From an uncultured Methanosarcinaceae archaeon (GTDB lineage Archaea > Halobacteriota > Methanosarcinia > Methanosarcinales > Methanosarcinaceae): DNA of 64,000 nucleotides. The position numbers and the translations under genes were made by a program. The notes below the pieces were generated by a model. The model worked only from the letters and a program-made list of their open reading frames with translations, was not told the DNA's origin and ran no database searches. This document shows positions 20,619 through 32,848 of this stretch, in pieces (the first letter of the stretch is position 1; each line of letters starts with the position of its first letter). The stretch is from NCBI GenBank assembly GCA_963833425.1, contig CAWHXP010000008.1:500578-564577 (forward strand). Direction: 5' to 3'.

Positions 20619-21347
20619 TCACCCTGGCCTCTGACGGCGTGGAAGAGTGGTAAATAGTCTGTATTTAATGAAGTCATCCTTAAGTTCAACTTCGATTCTG
20701 TGGGCAATTACTTTAGCCGGATCATGCAAGCTCGGAATTCTCTCACGGATATCCTGAAAACTCTTAAAGTCTGTTTTTTTTCGTTCATCTATCATGGACC
20801 ACATAAGCTTTTTTCCTATTCCTGGCAAAAGTTCAAGCATATGAAGGCGAGTGGTAATAGAATGAGCATCATTAAAAAATTTCACAAAACGTCCCTCCTG
20901 ATTCCTGACACAAGCTTCAAGAATAAAAGGCATTTCAAGATTGGCACCTGTAGTAAGGTCATTATAACCTATTCTCTGTTTTACGTGGTCTATTTCATTC
21001 CTATCTCCAGGACCGATGTAAATTTTTGACTGGATGTTGGGAATCACACCGTTTTTGGGAACCAACTCCATCAGGGTGAACTTTTGATCTCCTACTGCTT
21101 GGACAAGGGGCTTTTTTTGGAATGTACTAGTACCATCAACTAGCTTTCCATAGGGCAGATAATCTAGAACCCACACATATTCCTCTCTGCCCTGCGAGTT
21201 ATCCAGGGATTTTTCAGACGAATGCGAAGCTCTTTCTGACTGTCTATCTGATTGCGGTCTGCCTGTCGAACGATTGCCGCCACAAAATTTTTCAGAAGCT
21301 GATCTACCAGCATACTGTCTACTTGATTGCGACTTCTCTACTTTCAT
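20619..21347 (-). CDS. DUF655 family putative RNA-binding protein
   Basis: VLDYLPYG, FTLMEL, TRLHMLELLPGIGKK; conserved position between rpo4 and rsmA. Confidence 0.88.
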   Translation of the reverse strand: MKVEKSQSSRQYAGRSASEKFCGGNRSTGRPQSDRQSERASHSSEKSLDNSQGREEYVWVLDYLPYGKLVDGTSTFQKKPLVQAVGDQKFTLMELVPKNGVIPNIQSKIYIGPGDRNEIDHVKQRIGYNDLTTGANLEMPFILEACVRNQEGRFVKFFNDAHSITTRLHMLELLPGIGKKLMWSMIDERKKTDFKSFQDIRERIPSLHDPAKVIAHRIEVELKDDFIKYRLFTTLPRRQRPG

Positions 21348-21789
21348 CAGCACCCATCCTATCGCTAAACATGAAATTCTGCAATAGACTGTCTTTTCAG
21401 GGTATGCCAAACATTAACACTGTCAGCTTATTTTAATTCTTCTATACGATTCGAGAACTACACCAATAATCAAACTTCAAACCTTCAACTACAAGTTTTT
21501 TGAAAACTGTGATCTGTAGCAACCAACTCTAGGACCCAGGGTCTCCTGCAGCCTTAAGAATTCGACGTGCTGAATTTGTCATGTAAATATGTTCCTTAAT
21601 GCGTGAAATGCTATAAGTCTCGGAACTCTTCTTTTAAATAATAAGATAGAAACTGCTATATAGCTATTCCCTTTTAATTTTAAAGACTTTTCAATCTTTT
21701 CGGAATCGCAATAATTCATTCTCATTCCCGGCATTAAGCGACTGCAACAACTCAAAAGCCCCTAAAATTAAAAAAGTATAAGATTTTAC

Positions 21790-22143
21790 TTATTCAATAG
21801 TATCAGATATGTAATCAAGGATTTGATCCAGTTCTTCGTTACTCAATGTATACTTTTCTTTTGCATAGATTGATCTGATTTCGTCCCTGGACTGAGGCAG
21901 AATATCTGTGATCCTAACCGCTATTACAGGTTTCATTTTTTCTAGCTTTAGCAGTTTATTAACAAGTTCTCTTGATTTTTTCCCACTGATCTTTGAGAAC
22001 TGATCAGCATGATGCAGGGCTTTTCGAAATACGTATACAACCTCAGTCCCCTGCTCTTTTCGTTCTTCAGCAATCTTAGAAAGTATTTCTTTGACTTCAG
22101 CCAACGTCAATAATTCTTCGTTGAGGACTTCCTTGACTATCAT
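21790..22143 (-). CDS. rpo4: DNA-directed RNA polymerase subunit F (Rpo4)
   Basis: MIVKEVLNEELLTLAEVKE...DILPQSRDEIRSI; synteny with rpl21e. Confidence 0.92.
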   Translation of the reverse strand: MIVKEVLNEELLTLAEVKEILSKIAEERKEQGTEVVYVFRKALHHADQFSKISGKKSRELVNKLLKLEKMKPVIAVRITDILPQSRDEIRSIYAKEKYTLSNEELDQILDYISDTIE

Positions 22144-22960
22144 TGGAATACACTCTTTTTGAGTTAAAAACTTTAGATAATTTCTATTCTCTGCAGAGTG
22201 ATCTATTTCGATCACACTTCGATACTCTAATAATTTCTGACTTCTCCAAGTATTTTCTTCCTGGTTACATTCCGAATACTGCAATATAAACTAGCTTTTG
22301 TTGAAAATATTCGTCATATTACAATTGATCCAGCTTTATCCAGATAGATGAATGCACGAGATAAAACCTTCATTTAACAAACTGTGCTGTTTCAGATAAC
22401 ATTATCCTAATATTGCATCCTGGTTATATATTTAACAAATGATATATAATTACGGATACTTACGAACCTAAGTAAGAACTAGAGTTCTCAAAAGTAGCTT
22501 TTCGTCCCGTCTAGTTTGCATTTTTAGCAGTTTTTTCAAGGAACATCAGTTTGTATCTTTATAATGAACTAACGAATTATTCCCAGTTCTAAAAACCAAT
22601 TATGTTTTTCAAGTAATAATTAATCCTTAAGCCACTCGAAATTATATAACTATGAAAAAGGCGGAAAGAAAAGGAAAAAATTGTTACTATATTTCCTTTC
22701 TTCAGAGTTTTGGATGCCTTTGGTGGTTTATCTCTAAGTGTAAGATCAATGGAAAAATTTTATGATATTTTCATAAGTTTGTTTTTCTCATTTTATGAAG
22801 TGTCTATCTTTACTGGGTTGACTATAATCAGTTAGCAGACTATTAATCCCGCAATTTTCCAATCCTTTAGGCATGAGCAGCATTCGTTAGGTACGATGCT
22901 TGCAGACAGCAAGCCCAAGATAAAAGGACTGTATTTGGAATTTAGACGTCTGGAACGAAG

Positions 22961-23281
<321 letters not shown>

Positions 23282-23505
23282 TCATTTCGTTCTAATAATA
23301 CAGATTTCCTCTTGGTAAAATGTATAAATATGAATAAAATTTTCAGTTAGGCAATTTTTTATTGACTCTCTATATATAATAGACTCTTTATCATCTATTT
23401 GGATTTTAAAAATTTACTAGTATTTCTCGCACCCTTCGACTACAAGAAAACAAAAATCTCGAAAATAATAGAAAATCTCCTGAATAAACCTAATTCAAAT
23501 ATGGC

Positions 23506-24801
23506 TCAGATATCTACATCAATCACATCAAGATCTTCCACAAGTGTATAAATACCTAAAAGCCCACTAAGACTTGGATTTGTTCTACCATCATCTCCGG
23601 AGATAAGCTCTTTTACATACAAACCGCCTTCACATTTGACTATTAAGTAAGCATAACCATCCTCTGTCAATCCATCAAGTTTTATGCTATTCACGTGTTT
23701 CTTCCGAACAATGTCAGCCCGCCTGTGAACTACACGTCTTGGAGTCTGTTGGTAAATCTCTGTATTGCTCAGAGACTCAAGACAGACTTTAAGCTCTTTC
23801 TCTGAAACAGGTTCCTTAAATGTAACTTTAAGCTTATAAGTTTTATCCGCTTTTAAGCTTTTTAGGTTTTCAATTATATTTTTTCCGACGAAAGAAAGCT
23901 CTCTTACATAAATTTTTCCGTCAGCTTTATCGTTAATGTTTTTCATAAGCTCTTCAAGATTTGTGCTGCGCTTTTTAGGAGATTTTGCTTCCACTATAAA
24001 AGGCCTGCCTTTTCCAAGCATAAGGGCATCTATATCTTCCCTACCCGAGCCGTGGAAAGCTGTATCAATTGCCTGGAAAGCTTCAATAACTGGACCTTTA
24101 ATCAACTCGTCTACAGATTCAGGATACTGTTTTCCGGTATAAATACATCTTTCACAGCCTTCGCCCTTACATTTCCTGCAAGGCCAGCGTGTCTGTGGGA
24201 TCCCTCGTACCATTTTGCAGTAGCGACTACGAATATATACAGAGCGAATCTGAAGCTCAAGATCGCTTTTTGCAATGTCAAGGACGATTGTAATATCGGG
24301 GTTTTTCAAATCCACATCTTTTTGAACTTTTTCGGCAATCCTTTTGCCTACTTCTCTGTTAAACTCTGTCTTAAGCTGTTCAGCATACAAAGTCCCTGCC
24401 TCAGCCCAGAGAAGTTCTTCGTTTTCATTCAGAAGCCCACTAACCTTTGTGCCCACAAGGAATGTAGAATACTCAAGGCCTTCAAGAGCCTTTACAGCTT
24501 TATCTGCCCATACATCTAACTTTTTGAATTGGTCGAGGCAGACCCAGCATTTCTCGTCTTCACCCTCTGTTCCAAGAGTATTCCTAGCAAATACACTGCA
24601 ACAGGAAAGTTCCTTTAGAAGATAATCATCTTTTTCACTTTTGTAAGCACGATCTCCTTCCAGAACAAGGGCGAGTTTTAAGGCCTGACCACGTTCTTTG
24701 TTACTCAAGCCAGTTGATAACTTTGCAAATTGGCGGCCAAGACAATGATCACATATAGGGCCTTCATGTATAATCTTTTTTGAAATTTCAAATACATCCA
24801 T
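23506..24801 (-). CDS. pus10: tRNA pseudouridine(54/55) synthase Pus10
   Basis: CDHCLGR, RGIPQTRW, catalytic GREDIDA, QQTPRRV, GGLYVKELISGD. Confidence 0.95.
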   Translation of the reverse strand: MDVFEISKKIIHEGPICDHCLGRQFAKLSTGLSNKERGQALKLALVLEGDRAYKSEKDDYLLKELSCCSVFARNTLGTEGEDEKCWVCLDQFKKLDVWADKAVKALEGLEYSTFLVGTKVSGLLNENEELLWAEAGTLYAEQLKTEFNREVGKRIAEKVQKDVDLKNPDITIVLDIAKSDLELQIRSVYIRSRYCKMVRGIPQTRWPCRKCKGEGCERCIYTGKQYPESVDELIKGPVIEAFQAIDTAFHGSGREDIDALMLGKGRPFIVEAKSPKKRSTNLEELMKNINDKADGKIYVRELSFVGKNIIENLKSLKADKTYKLKVTFKEPVSEKELKVCLESLSNTEIYQQTPRRVVHRRADIVRKKHVNSIKLDGLTEDGYAYLIVKCEGGLYVKELISGDDGRTNPSLSGLLGIYTLVEDLDVIDVDI

Positions 24802-25040
24802 TTTCTTTCACTCTCTTTATACTCCTATTTGGAGAATAGACATGGAGCGTATATTATGGGAATAAAAAATAAATTGAAGGCAAGAAAGCACGCTCTGAAG
24901 ATGAATGCCTAAGTTACACTATTCGGAAAGGTGAATATCCCGAAAGATACATTGAGTAACCTTCTATCCTCATACAGATAAATGGGATATAGCCTTTTGC
25001 ATTGAAGCAAATCAAAAATTATAAATTATTCATCATCCTT

Positions 25041-25661
25041 TCAATCAGTTCCTCTTGTTGATCCCTTTCTTGTTGATTCAGCTCGGTCCAACTCGTTATG
25101 GACAAGGGTTATGCAGTGATCAGAATGAAGGGAAATCGGGCCTATTGAAATAATTTTTGCCCCTGCTTTAAGGATCTGTTCCTCTTCTTCTTCGGTAACA
25201 CCTGCATGATCTCCCAGAATAAAAATTGGATCCCGGATTTCACTGACAAACTCTCGAACATCCTCCCCATCCTCTCGAAGGTAAAGTAAGGTTCTTCCTT
25301 CAAACTCTAAGAGCATGGATTTGAGATCTCCCCTGCGAATCCAGACACCTGGAGTGGAACGGGTATATTGCTCGATTGTATTCTTCTGAAGGGCTTTCTG
25401 GATAAGCGAACCGCTGCTTCTTTCATCGGGATTAAGGTACTTTAGGTTAAGCCCTTCAAATCTGATTATTTTCCCTGGATCAGGATCCCCTAAAAGAAGC
25501 AGATTTACATTCACATCCCTTCGTATTTCGAAAGAGATAAATAGGGCAGAGCTTACACAGCGACAGAGAATATCCATCCTTCCCGCAGAACCGGGAAGGT
25601 CGTTTAAAGAAAAATCTCCATTTGTTTTCGCCTTATGTCCTATGATAACGATATCTCGCAT
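25041..25661 (-). CDS. trmY: tRNA (pseudouridine54-N1)-methyltransferase
   Basis: DLPGSAGRMDILCR, PDERS, FILGDH, ISIGP, HNELDR (SPOUT family). Confidence 0.94.
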   Translation of the reverse strand: MRDIVIIGHKAKTNGDFSLNDLPGSAGRMDILCRCVSSALFISFEIRRDVNVNLLLLGDPDPGKIIRFEGLNLKYLNPDERSSGSLIQKALQKNTIEQYTRSTPGVWIRRGDLKSMLLEFEGRTLLYLREDGEDVREFVSEIRDPIFILGDHAGVTEEEEEQILKAGAKIISIGPISLHSDHCITLVHNELDRAESTRKGSTRGTD

Positions 25662-25683
25662 GGGCGTTATATTTACGTAGGGG

Positions 25684-25692
25684 ATATAAAAG
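25684..25692 (-). promoter_or_regulatory. Putative TATA box for a leaderless trmY transcript
   Basis: TTTTATAT on the minus strand about 24-30 nt upstream of ATG 25661. Confidence 0.4.
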
Positions 25693-25935
25693 ATGTATGA
25701 TGCTCAAAGCAAGCAAAGATTAAGAAATTGTGAGCTAAAAACATTGAATTAAAAACTTGGGAGCGGGATTATGTAAATAGGACTAAACGCCTTATTTTCT
25801 GTGAAATCACAACTCTCAATAAGTTATTTGGTAGAAGAATTCCACATCTAAAGAACCCAATGGCACACAGCACACAAAAACTTGATTTTGAATTTAGAGC
25901 AAAATTGCAATATTATTTATACAGAAGGGATACGG

Positions 25936-26592
25936 ATGAAGATACTAGCCATTTCTGACCTCCATGGGGATTATTCGAAAATAGAGAAAATAATGGAAAC
26001 AGCTGGAGACTTTGACATTGCTATGATTGCAGGAGACATCACTCACTTTGGACCTGATGCGAAGGTCAAAGAATTGATGAAAATGTTTGATAAGCCTGTG
26101 CTTGCAATTCCAGGGAACTGCGACCAGAAAAGTATTCTTAAAGCGCTCGACATCTCAAAAGCTATAAACATGCATGGTAAACTTGAACAGATCGGAAATA
26201 TCCAGTTTATAGGACTAGGAGGCTCAAACTTCACTCCTTTCAATACCCCCTTCGAACTCTCAGAAGAAGAGATAGAAAGTGTCCTTGAAGAAATGATCTA
26301 CGCCGCCGAAAATACAGTAGATAGTGGATCGATAGTGCTTCTTACTCATGCCCCTCCTCATGGAGTCAGAGATGAGCTTCCCATGGGGCATGTGGGCAGC
26401 AAAGCCATCCTAAAATTCATTGACCGAGTGGACCTGATAATCTGTGGACACATCCATGAGGCGAAAGGCAAGGAAAATATTGGAACGACTATGGTGGTAA
26501 ATCCTGGAGAAGCCTGCAAGGGTTCCTATGCCCTTATAACTATCGAAGATGCAAAAAACAAACCCATTGAAGTTGAATTAAAAGAAGTATAG
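25936..26592 (+). CDS. Calcineurin-like metallophosphoesterase
   Basis: DLHG, GDIT, GNCD, THAPP, GHIHE, NPG motifs. Confidence 0.9.
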   Translation: MKILAISDLHGDYSKIEKIMETAGDFDIAMIAGDITHFGPDAKVKELMKMFDKPVLAIPGNCDQKSILKALDISKAINMHGKLEQIGNIQFIGLGGSNFTPFNTPFELSEEEIESVLEEMIYAAENTVDSGSIVLLTHAPPHGVRDELPMGHVGSKAILKFIDRVDLIICGHIHEAKGKENIGTTMVVNPGEACKGSYALITIEDAKNKPIEVELKEV

Positions 26593-28181
26593 AATAAACA
26601 AGTTTCAATCAAATTAACACGTTTGACCAAACTTCGGAGTAACAATTATGATTTTTCAAAGGTCTATGTGTACAAGGATCCTTTATCCGTTTCAGTGGCT
26701 ATCTTAATTCGCGTTCATACATTGTACTCCATAATTATATTTTTGGTTAAATTACTCAATAATTTATCCTTACTTACACTATAATTGAGTCGTAGACTTA
26801 CTACGCCGCTAACTTTGTTAGCATTCTTTATTTGCATAAAATTATATTCTTCACAGTAAAAGTTAATACTCAAAAAATTTTTGAAAGTTTGTTTGTCGTA
26901 AATTACATGCTCATCTCCGTTATTCATGAAATGCAAAGTTGAACGAAGAAAAACATGGAAAAAAACTGAAGGAAATAAGAGCTTCTGCTGTACTTACTTT
27001 CATTCTCTTTTTCGAGATTTATACAATACCAGACGACTTAAATGTGAATATTTAAATCACAAAATGCATTTTTTTAGAGTGGTAATTAACTTGACATTGT
27101 CAAATTAACTCATGTTTGCAGATTTTTCGACTCAATTTCAGGCTAATTTTTATTATTTTGAAATTTTTTCATCTATTTTTTTCTATTTTCATTCTAAGTC
27201 ATAGAGGATTTAGATAAATCCCTGAAGTATGGTATATGATTGTAAATTGCATATAAATGACTCGTGAAAATCGGAGGTTTATTGAAATTCTCTATATAAT
27301 CGGACCATAACCATGGATAAAGTTGTTTAATCCCATACGTATCATATCCTTGTCAGGTTTGGGGCTACCTCTGAAAATGATGCAAAAAATAAAATAACTT
27401 CACAGAGGAGCAACGATTTAGAGAATTAAACTAAAAAAGGCGAAAGTTCACATCAGACCTAACTTAAAAAGACGTTGTACTCGGATTTTTCAGCACTTCT
27501 AAAATAGTATATTTGTACGATACTTTATTCAAAAACCATTCGATATCTTGTCTCGTAGACGCAATAATTTGCATGCTGAAGTCCGGTTTCATATTATTAA
27601 GGTAACTTAAAATACAAATCAGTTGGTGAATCTCGATTTTCGAGAAGTTCCTATTTTTCCAAAAAGCTGCATGGTATCCACTAAAACAAAACAGAAAATA
27701 TTGAAAATGACATAACTGTCATCTTTTCCAATGTTGGGGAAATTCGACTCTCTTGATCCGGATTATCTGTTGGAATACAACATTACCCTTGCATACAGAC
27801 GCAATGATGTGAATCTACTTCATCTATGTATTTCCCTCCTCAGCTTAAAGGCAGAGGCAAATGTTGTATAAATAAGCAAATGTAATTCTATAAAATAGAA
27901 CACAGTGACTTACGTTACGAAGAATACTTAGAAAAAAGATGCTGGGATAATGAGATTTATGCAAATTGACCAAAATTTTAAAAGTTTTATAAAGTCCTTA
28001 CTATTATGCACCAATAACAATATAATATATCCAATATATAGTTATGTTGCTATCAGTATTATGCAATCTAAAAAGAACTAAAATCTTTTATAAAAATTGA
28101 AAGTCGTTGAATGAAAATATATGAATGATGGGGAAAAGATGCGATTATGTGAGTGTTCTTGGAAAAAAGGGGTAGTCTGAG

Positions 28182-29123
28182 ATGGGATATCGCCATGTTG
28201 ATACTTTAAGTCCTGGGAACCCTTTCAGAGACTGGCTTGTGGAAGAAGTTGTTGGATCCTGCCTCCGGGATAAAAGATGTTTAGTTGATGTCTTTAAGTA
28301 TGATTCCTCTCATACAGTCTGCAGGTATCAGTTCAAAGGAGAACACTTGAGCGTAATAGCAAAATTTTTTTCCGAGCCCACAGGAAAGATGAGAGATTAT
28401 AACCCTTATAAAGGAATGATGAATGAATACAGAAACCTGAAAAAAGCAGGTCGCACAATAAATGTTGCAAAGCCTCTTGCAATCAATAAAAAGTTCAATT
28501 GTGCCCTCGTAACTGAGCACATACCGGGAAAGTCCCTACGTTGGTATATTAAGCATGAAAAAGGACTATACGAACGGCTCGCTTCAATTGGCCATATGCT
28601 CAAGAGACTTCACGAGAATACCCTGTCTTCCTACAATAAGGAAAATGAATTTAGAAATTATCATGAAGTATTGAATCATCTGGAACTGAGAAATAATATC
28701 AGAGAAAGTTTTAATCAGTTGCTTGGAGATTGGTGGTATAGTTCATGGCTTGATAGGGCGCATGGATGCATGATTCATAGAGACGCTACTCCTTCCAATT
28801 ATCTATTTTGCAAAGATAAACCTTATGCACTTGATTTTGAAAGCTCCTGGTCAAATGCCCATCCTGTCAGAGACCTTGGAATTCTTAGTGCAGAACTTAA
28901 AAATGATTTTGAACTGCATAAAGGTGGAGGAGAGAGAGCCGAACCTTACATTGGAAAATTTCTATGGGAATATAGCAAGGATAAAAATGACTTCTTCCAA
29001 ATTACAGAAGTTTTACCTTTTTTTATGAGTTTAGGATTACTTCGTTCTGCTCGGCTCCACCAAAGCAGTTACAGAAATTATCTAATCAAAGAAGCGCTAA
29101 AGTGTTTAAAGTCAATTAATTAA
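28182..29123 (+). CDS. Aminoglycoside-phosphotransferase/choline-kinase-like protein
   Basis: IAKFF, IHRDATPSN, ALDFE, RDLG kinase-like motifs. Confidence 0.8.
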   Translation: MGYRHVDTLSPGNPFRDWLVEEVVGSCLRDKRCLVDVFKYDSSHTVCRYQFKGEHLSVIAKFFSEPTGKMRDYNPYKGMMNEYRNLKKAGRTINVAKPLAINKKFNCALVTEHIPGKSLRWYIKHEKGLYERLASIGHMLKRLHENTLSSYNKENEFRNYHEVLNHLELRNNIRESFNQLLGDWWYSSWLDRAHGCMIHRDATPSNYLFCKDKPYALDFESSWSNAHPVRDLGILSAELKNDFELHKGGGERAEPYIGKFLWEYSKDKNDFFQITEVLPFFMSLGLLRSARLHQSSYRNYLIKEALKCLKSIN

Positions 29124-29537
29124 ATGTTAAGAGATTTTTTAATATCTTGTGTTATTGCCGGATTTGCTATTAATTCCTTGCACACAGCTAAATAAATTCA
29201 AATTCTAGTGTATTGTAGTGGATACGATTCACAATTACTATTTGCAAATCCACAATACTGAATTTTCGATAAGCTGTTACAAAAAAGTGAAATCAAGATT
29301 GATGGATGAATTTTTTTCGTGTAAAACTTTGAGAAAAAAATTGAAACTAATAAGAGTATTCATTTGATATTACATCAAAACAGAATTCCTTGAAACACAG
29401 AGAAAAACCCTCTATGATAACTTGTCCATGCATCTAGCTGGTATGAAGACTATGCGACGGATAAAATAGAGATTCGATAGCAATATAGCAGTTTACAGGA
29501 GCATTTTCATTTTCAAGTTATTTCATTTCAAGTTATT

Positions 29538-30347
29538 TTATTCTCTGTATTTCTCGATATCATAAATTCTTACAGAAAGCCGCTCGTATTGATCATACAA
29601 TTCTTTTCCCCAGGCCAAAGCATCCTGCTCAAGGCTAATTATATACTTCCGGTCAAAAGTAGCTTCTTTCGGGAAAAGGACCATCGCCATGAAGTTATCT
29701 GCAGCTGTGATAGCCGGAACTTTTTCATAATCAGTGCCAGCAAAAAGTTTAGTATTTCCCATTTTTATAAATTTCTCGGTTTGTTCCTTGTGATCTTCAA
29801 TCCATTTTTTCAGGATTAATTTTTGAAGAATGAGAGATACAAATGTTCCCTTTTCGGCAATTTCAAGATAAAAAGAAGGAAATAAAGGATGAAAGTAAGA
29901 AATTGTAGCTTCCAGAATCTTTGCTTTTTTAGCATTCATAACGTATTCTGGGTTCATCTCGAAAATGTTATCTGGTTTAGGTTCGGTTATGATTAAGTTC
30001 CCAAGCTCATTGATTCGGCTGATTAGATGTGCTGGGATCCGGGTCATATCTCTCTCAAACCAGTAATTGGTATTTTTTTCCAGAAAAGAAAGAGTGGCTA
30101 ACAGGGGTTTCATTTGCATAGCCACTATTTTCCCTATTTCGCTTAGATTATAAAGATTTTTTTCTTGGACTACAAGGTTATGTTCTTTGAGCATTTTTAT
30201 TTGCGGCTGGATAGATGTTGCACTGGCATTAAGAATCTTTTTTATGGTATCTATTGTCATTGGCTTTTCGAGCAACAGGAGAATAACATTCTGTCTTTTC
30301 TCAGAGAGTAATATTATATCAAGTAAAAAATTTTTCATATATTGCAC
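29538..30347 (-). CDS. Winged-helix transcriptional regulator with DUF1724-type C-terminal domain (methanogen family)
   Basis: SEKRQNVILLL, HTH, Y.LSEIGK, IPAHL..RI.EL, ALAWGKELY. Confidence 0.82.
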   Translation of the reverse strand: MQYMKNFLLDIILLSEKRQNVILLLLEKPMTIDTIKKILNASATSIQPQIKMLKEHNLVVQEKNLYNLSEIGKIVAMQMKPLLATLSFLEKNTNYWFERDMTRIPAHLISRINELGNLIITEPKPDNIFEMNPEYVMNAKKAKILEATISYFHPLFPSFYLEIAEKGTFVSLILQKLILKKWIEDHKEQTEKFIKMGNTKLFAGTDYEKVPAITAADNFMAMVLFPKEATFDRKYIISLEQDALAWGKELYDQYERLSVRIYDIEKYRE

Positions 30348-31469
30348 CTGAACTGGAAACCCATAAACGAAGGTATTTTTGAAATTTGTCGGTAAGAAGA
30401 TTCTGATGAATATAATATATATACTTTTTTATTAATAAGAACTTATACATTTTTTTACTTATGAAAGCTTGGAGGTTAGTTCTGTTGTTTGTACTTGGTG
30501 TAGTTCAAAATAATTGTTTTTTTCCAGTTATAATCTTTTTCTCAATAGTTACAAGAAAATATAATATATCGGGGCTACAAGTTGATTAAAATATTTAAAA
30601 TAACAGCTTCATAACTTCGTTTTTCTCGGAGATTATTTATCAAATAAAAATGAAGTAGCTTACAGAGACTGCAGATACTTTTGAGAAAATTCAAAAGGCT
30701 ATGATGTAACAATTAAAAAAACGAAAAAGAATGTCCTATCGCAGTGATTGAGATATTTAGGAGCAAGAGAATCAGTTCAAATAGACCCACAAATCAAAGA
30801 ATAAAGAGCCCAAAAATAGGTCCAATACAGAAATCAATGAGGAAGATTTGGATTGGGTTCTCGCGAGGAAAAAATTAGAACTAAATCGGAATACTCTATT
30901 TTGTATCGATATTTATGTACCAACAATATGTGATAGTTTGACTGACTATAGCCATTGCTAAAGCGATTCAATTCCATTATTTATCACATTTCAGTTAGAA
31001 GTGGTAGCATCACCTTTGAACATGATTCAAAAACTAGCTCATCTGAAAATAAGCGATTATTTAGAGTGATACACGAAAACAAATGATTGAGGAGTCACTT
31101 CATCCCTGATCTAGAGGACGGATATGTGTGACCCTCAGTACTCTCTAGATAAATGAATTTTAGAAAATGTTTTTCTACAGAGAAAGTACTTGAATCGGTA
31201 AAAGTTCCTACTATTTGCTTCACAAAGATTAAATTATACATATACAGTTACTCATTCTTTTGCTGCAGAAGGGAAACGTGACAAACTAAAAATGATTTAT
31301 CAATGTGCATTTTACTCCATTCATGTAACATTCATCCAAAAAAGTAATATCTTGTAATTATATACAGGAATACTACAATCTTTTCCGTTATTTATTATTT
31401 TATTATAAAAAGTTATACTAGTACTCTCAAAAATATGAGATATACTTTAAAGTTTCTGGAAGGGTTTGA

Positions 31470-32411
31470 ATGATTAAAACACGCCTGAGGGATTTTCTTG
31501 TCACAAAGGACGACTGGCTTTTTTCGGTTTCCGATTACTTCTGTAACGAGGGAATAAGATCAATGCTTCGCTATGTTCCAGACGAAAATGGAGAACGGGA
31601 GTTAAACGGAAAAAAATACAGAAAATATGATTTTGGTCCAGCTTATGAATTTATGAAAAAGTACAGACCTGACTGGGTGCAGGATGTTCATGTAGTTCCG
31701 GAATCCGAGATAAAAAAAGTGCTTCGGCCTTATAACATAATTCCTAAACTTGTAAATTCAGACAGGCGAGTGAGAGAAATTGTGAAAGTGCTGGAAACTT
31801 CTGGAATTCCCAGAACAAGTATGGGAGTTACAGGTTCGATGCTCTTGGGCCTGCAAAATGAAAATTCGGATATCGATTTTGTCGTTTACGGACCGTTATG
31901 GTTCAGGGCAAGGGATACCATAACAAATGCAAAACAACAGGAAGGCTCAATTAAAGAACTCGATGAAGAGCTGCTGAAGAGGATCTACAAAAAGAGGATT
32001 CCGGATATTTCATTTGAAGAATTCATGCTACATGAATCCAGAAAAGGAAATCGCGGAATGATTGAAGGCACTTACTTCGATCTACTTTTTGTGAGAGAGT
32101 GGAATCAAATTAAAGACCCTCTTCGCCGCGGGAAGGATACAGTGAAAATGAAAATTGAAGCTGAAGTGAAAAACGCTGACTTTGCTTTCGACAGCCCTGC
32201 TTATTATAAGATAAGGCACACTGAAATCGACCATGTGATTTCCTATACGCATACATATGCTGGCCAGGCTCTTCCTACAGAAGTTATAGAAGCAAGTGGC
32301 ATCGTTGAAGAAGTTGGGAATATGAAAAGACTAGTCGTAGGCACTTCAAGGGAACCAAAAGGAGAATGGATAAAGTCCCTCACATGGCTTGAGAAGTGTG
32401 GATGTTTTTGA
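31470..32411 (+). CDS. Archaeal nucleotidyltransferase (Pol-beta superfamily) domain protein
   Basis: RLRDF, GVTGSML...SDIDFVVYG, YTHTYAGQA, VVGTSRE. Confidence 0.85.
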   Translation: MIKTRLRDFLVTKDDWLFSVSDYFCNEGIRSMLRYVPDENGERELNGKKYRKYDFGPAYEFMKKYRPDWVQDVHVVPESEIKKVLRPYNIIPKLVNSDRRVREIVKVLETSGIPRTSMGVTGSMLLGLQNENSDIDFVVYGPLWFRARDTITNAKQQEGSIKELDEELLKRIYKKRIPDISFEEFMLHESRKGNRGMIEGTYFDLLFVREWNQIKDPLRRGKDTVKMKIEAEVKNADFAFDSPAYYKIRHTEIDHVISYTHTYAGQALPTEVIEASGIVEEVGNMKRLVVGTSREPKGEWIKSLTWLEKCGCF

Positions 32412-32808
32412 AAAGATCTAATAAAAGGAAATTTAGATCTGCCCCTTAAAATCTGAACTATCATCTAGAACCTGTTATTTTTGCGGAAACCATAACTCTG
32501 AGCCACCACAAAAAGACAGAAATTGAAAGTGTCCTAATTGCAAGACTAAACATGATAAAGACATTAATTCCGTAATTAACACCATAAAATTATTTCCCTT
32601 TGATCAAAATCTAATTTGGATCTGACATCCTTAGAATGCAGGGGTGGGTTTGGAGACTATTCTAAAAGGAGAAAAAAAATGAATCATGAAGCTGCTAGGT
32701 CTTCAACTGAGTTATAGTGTACGATGTTCCACTAATTCGTAGAAATAGCTCCGGATATTACAGAGTTCAGAGCAGATGGCATCAGAATACAGTTTCCTTA
32801 GTATCATA

Positions 32809-32848
32809 TAAACGACAAAGAAATGATTTAAACGACAAAGAGATGATT
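32809..32848. repeat. 20-bp tandem duplication
   Basis: taaacgacaaagaaatgatt taaacgacaaagagatgatt (1 mismatch). Confidence 0.85.
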
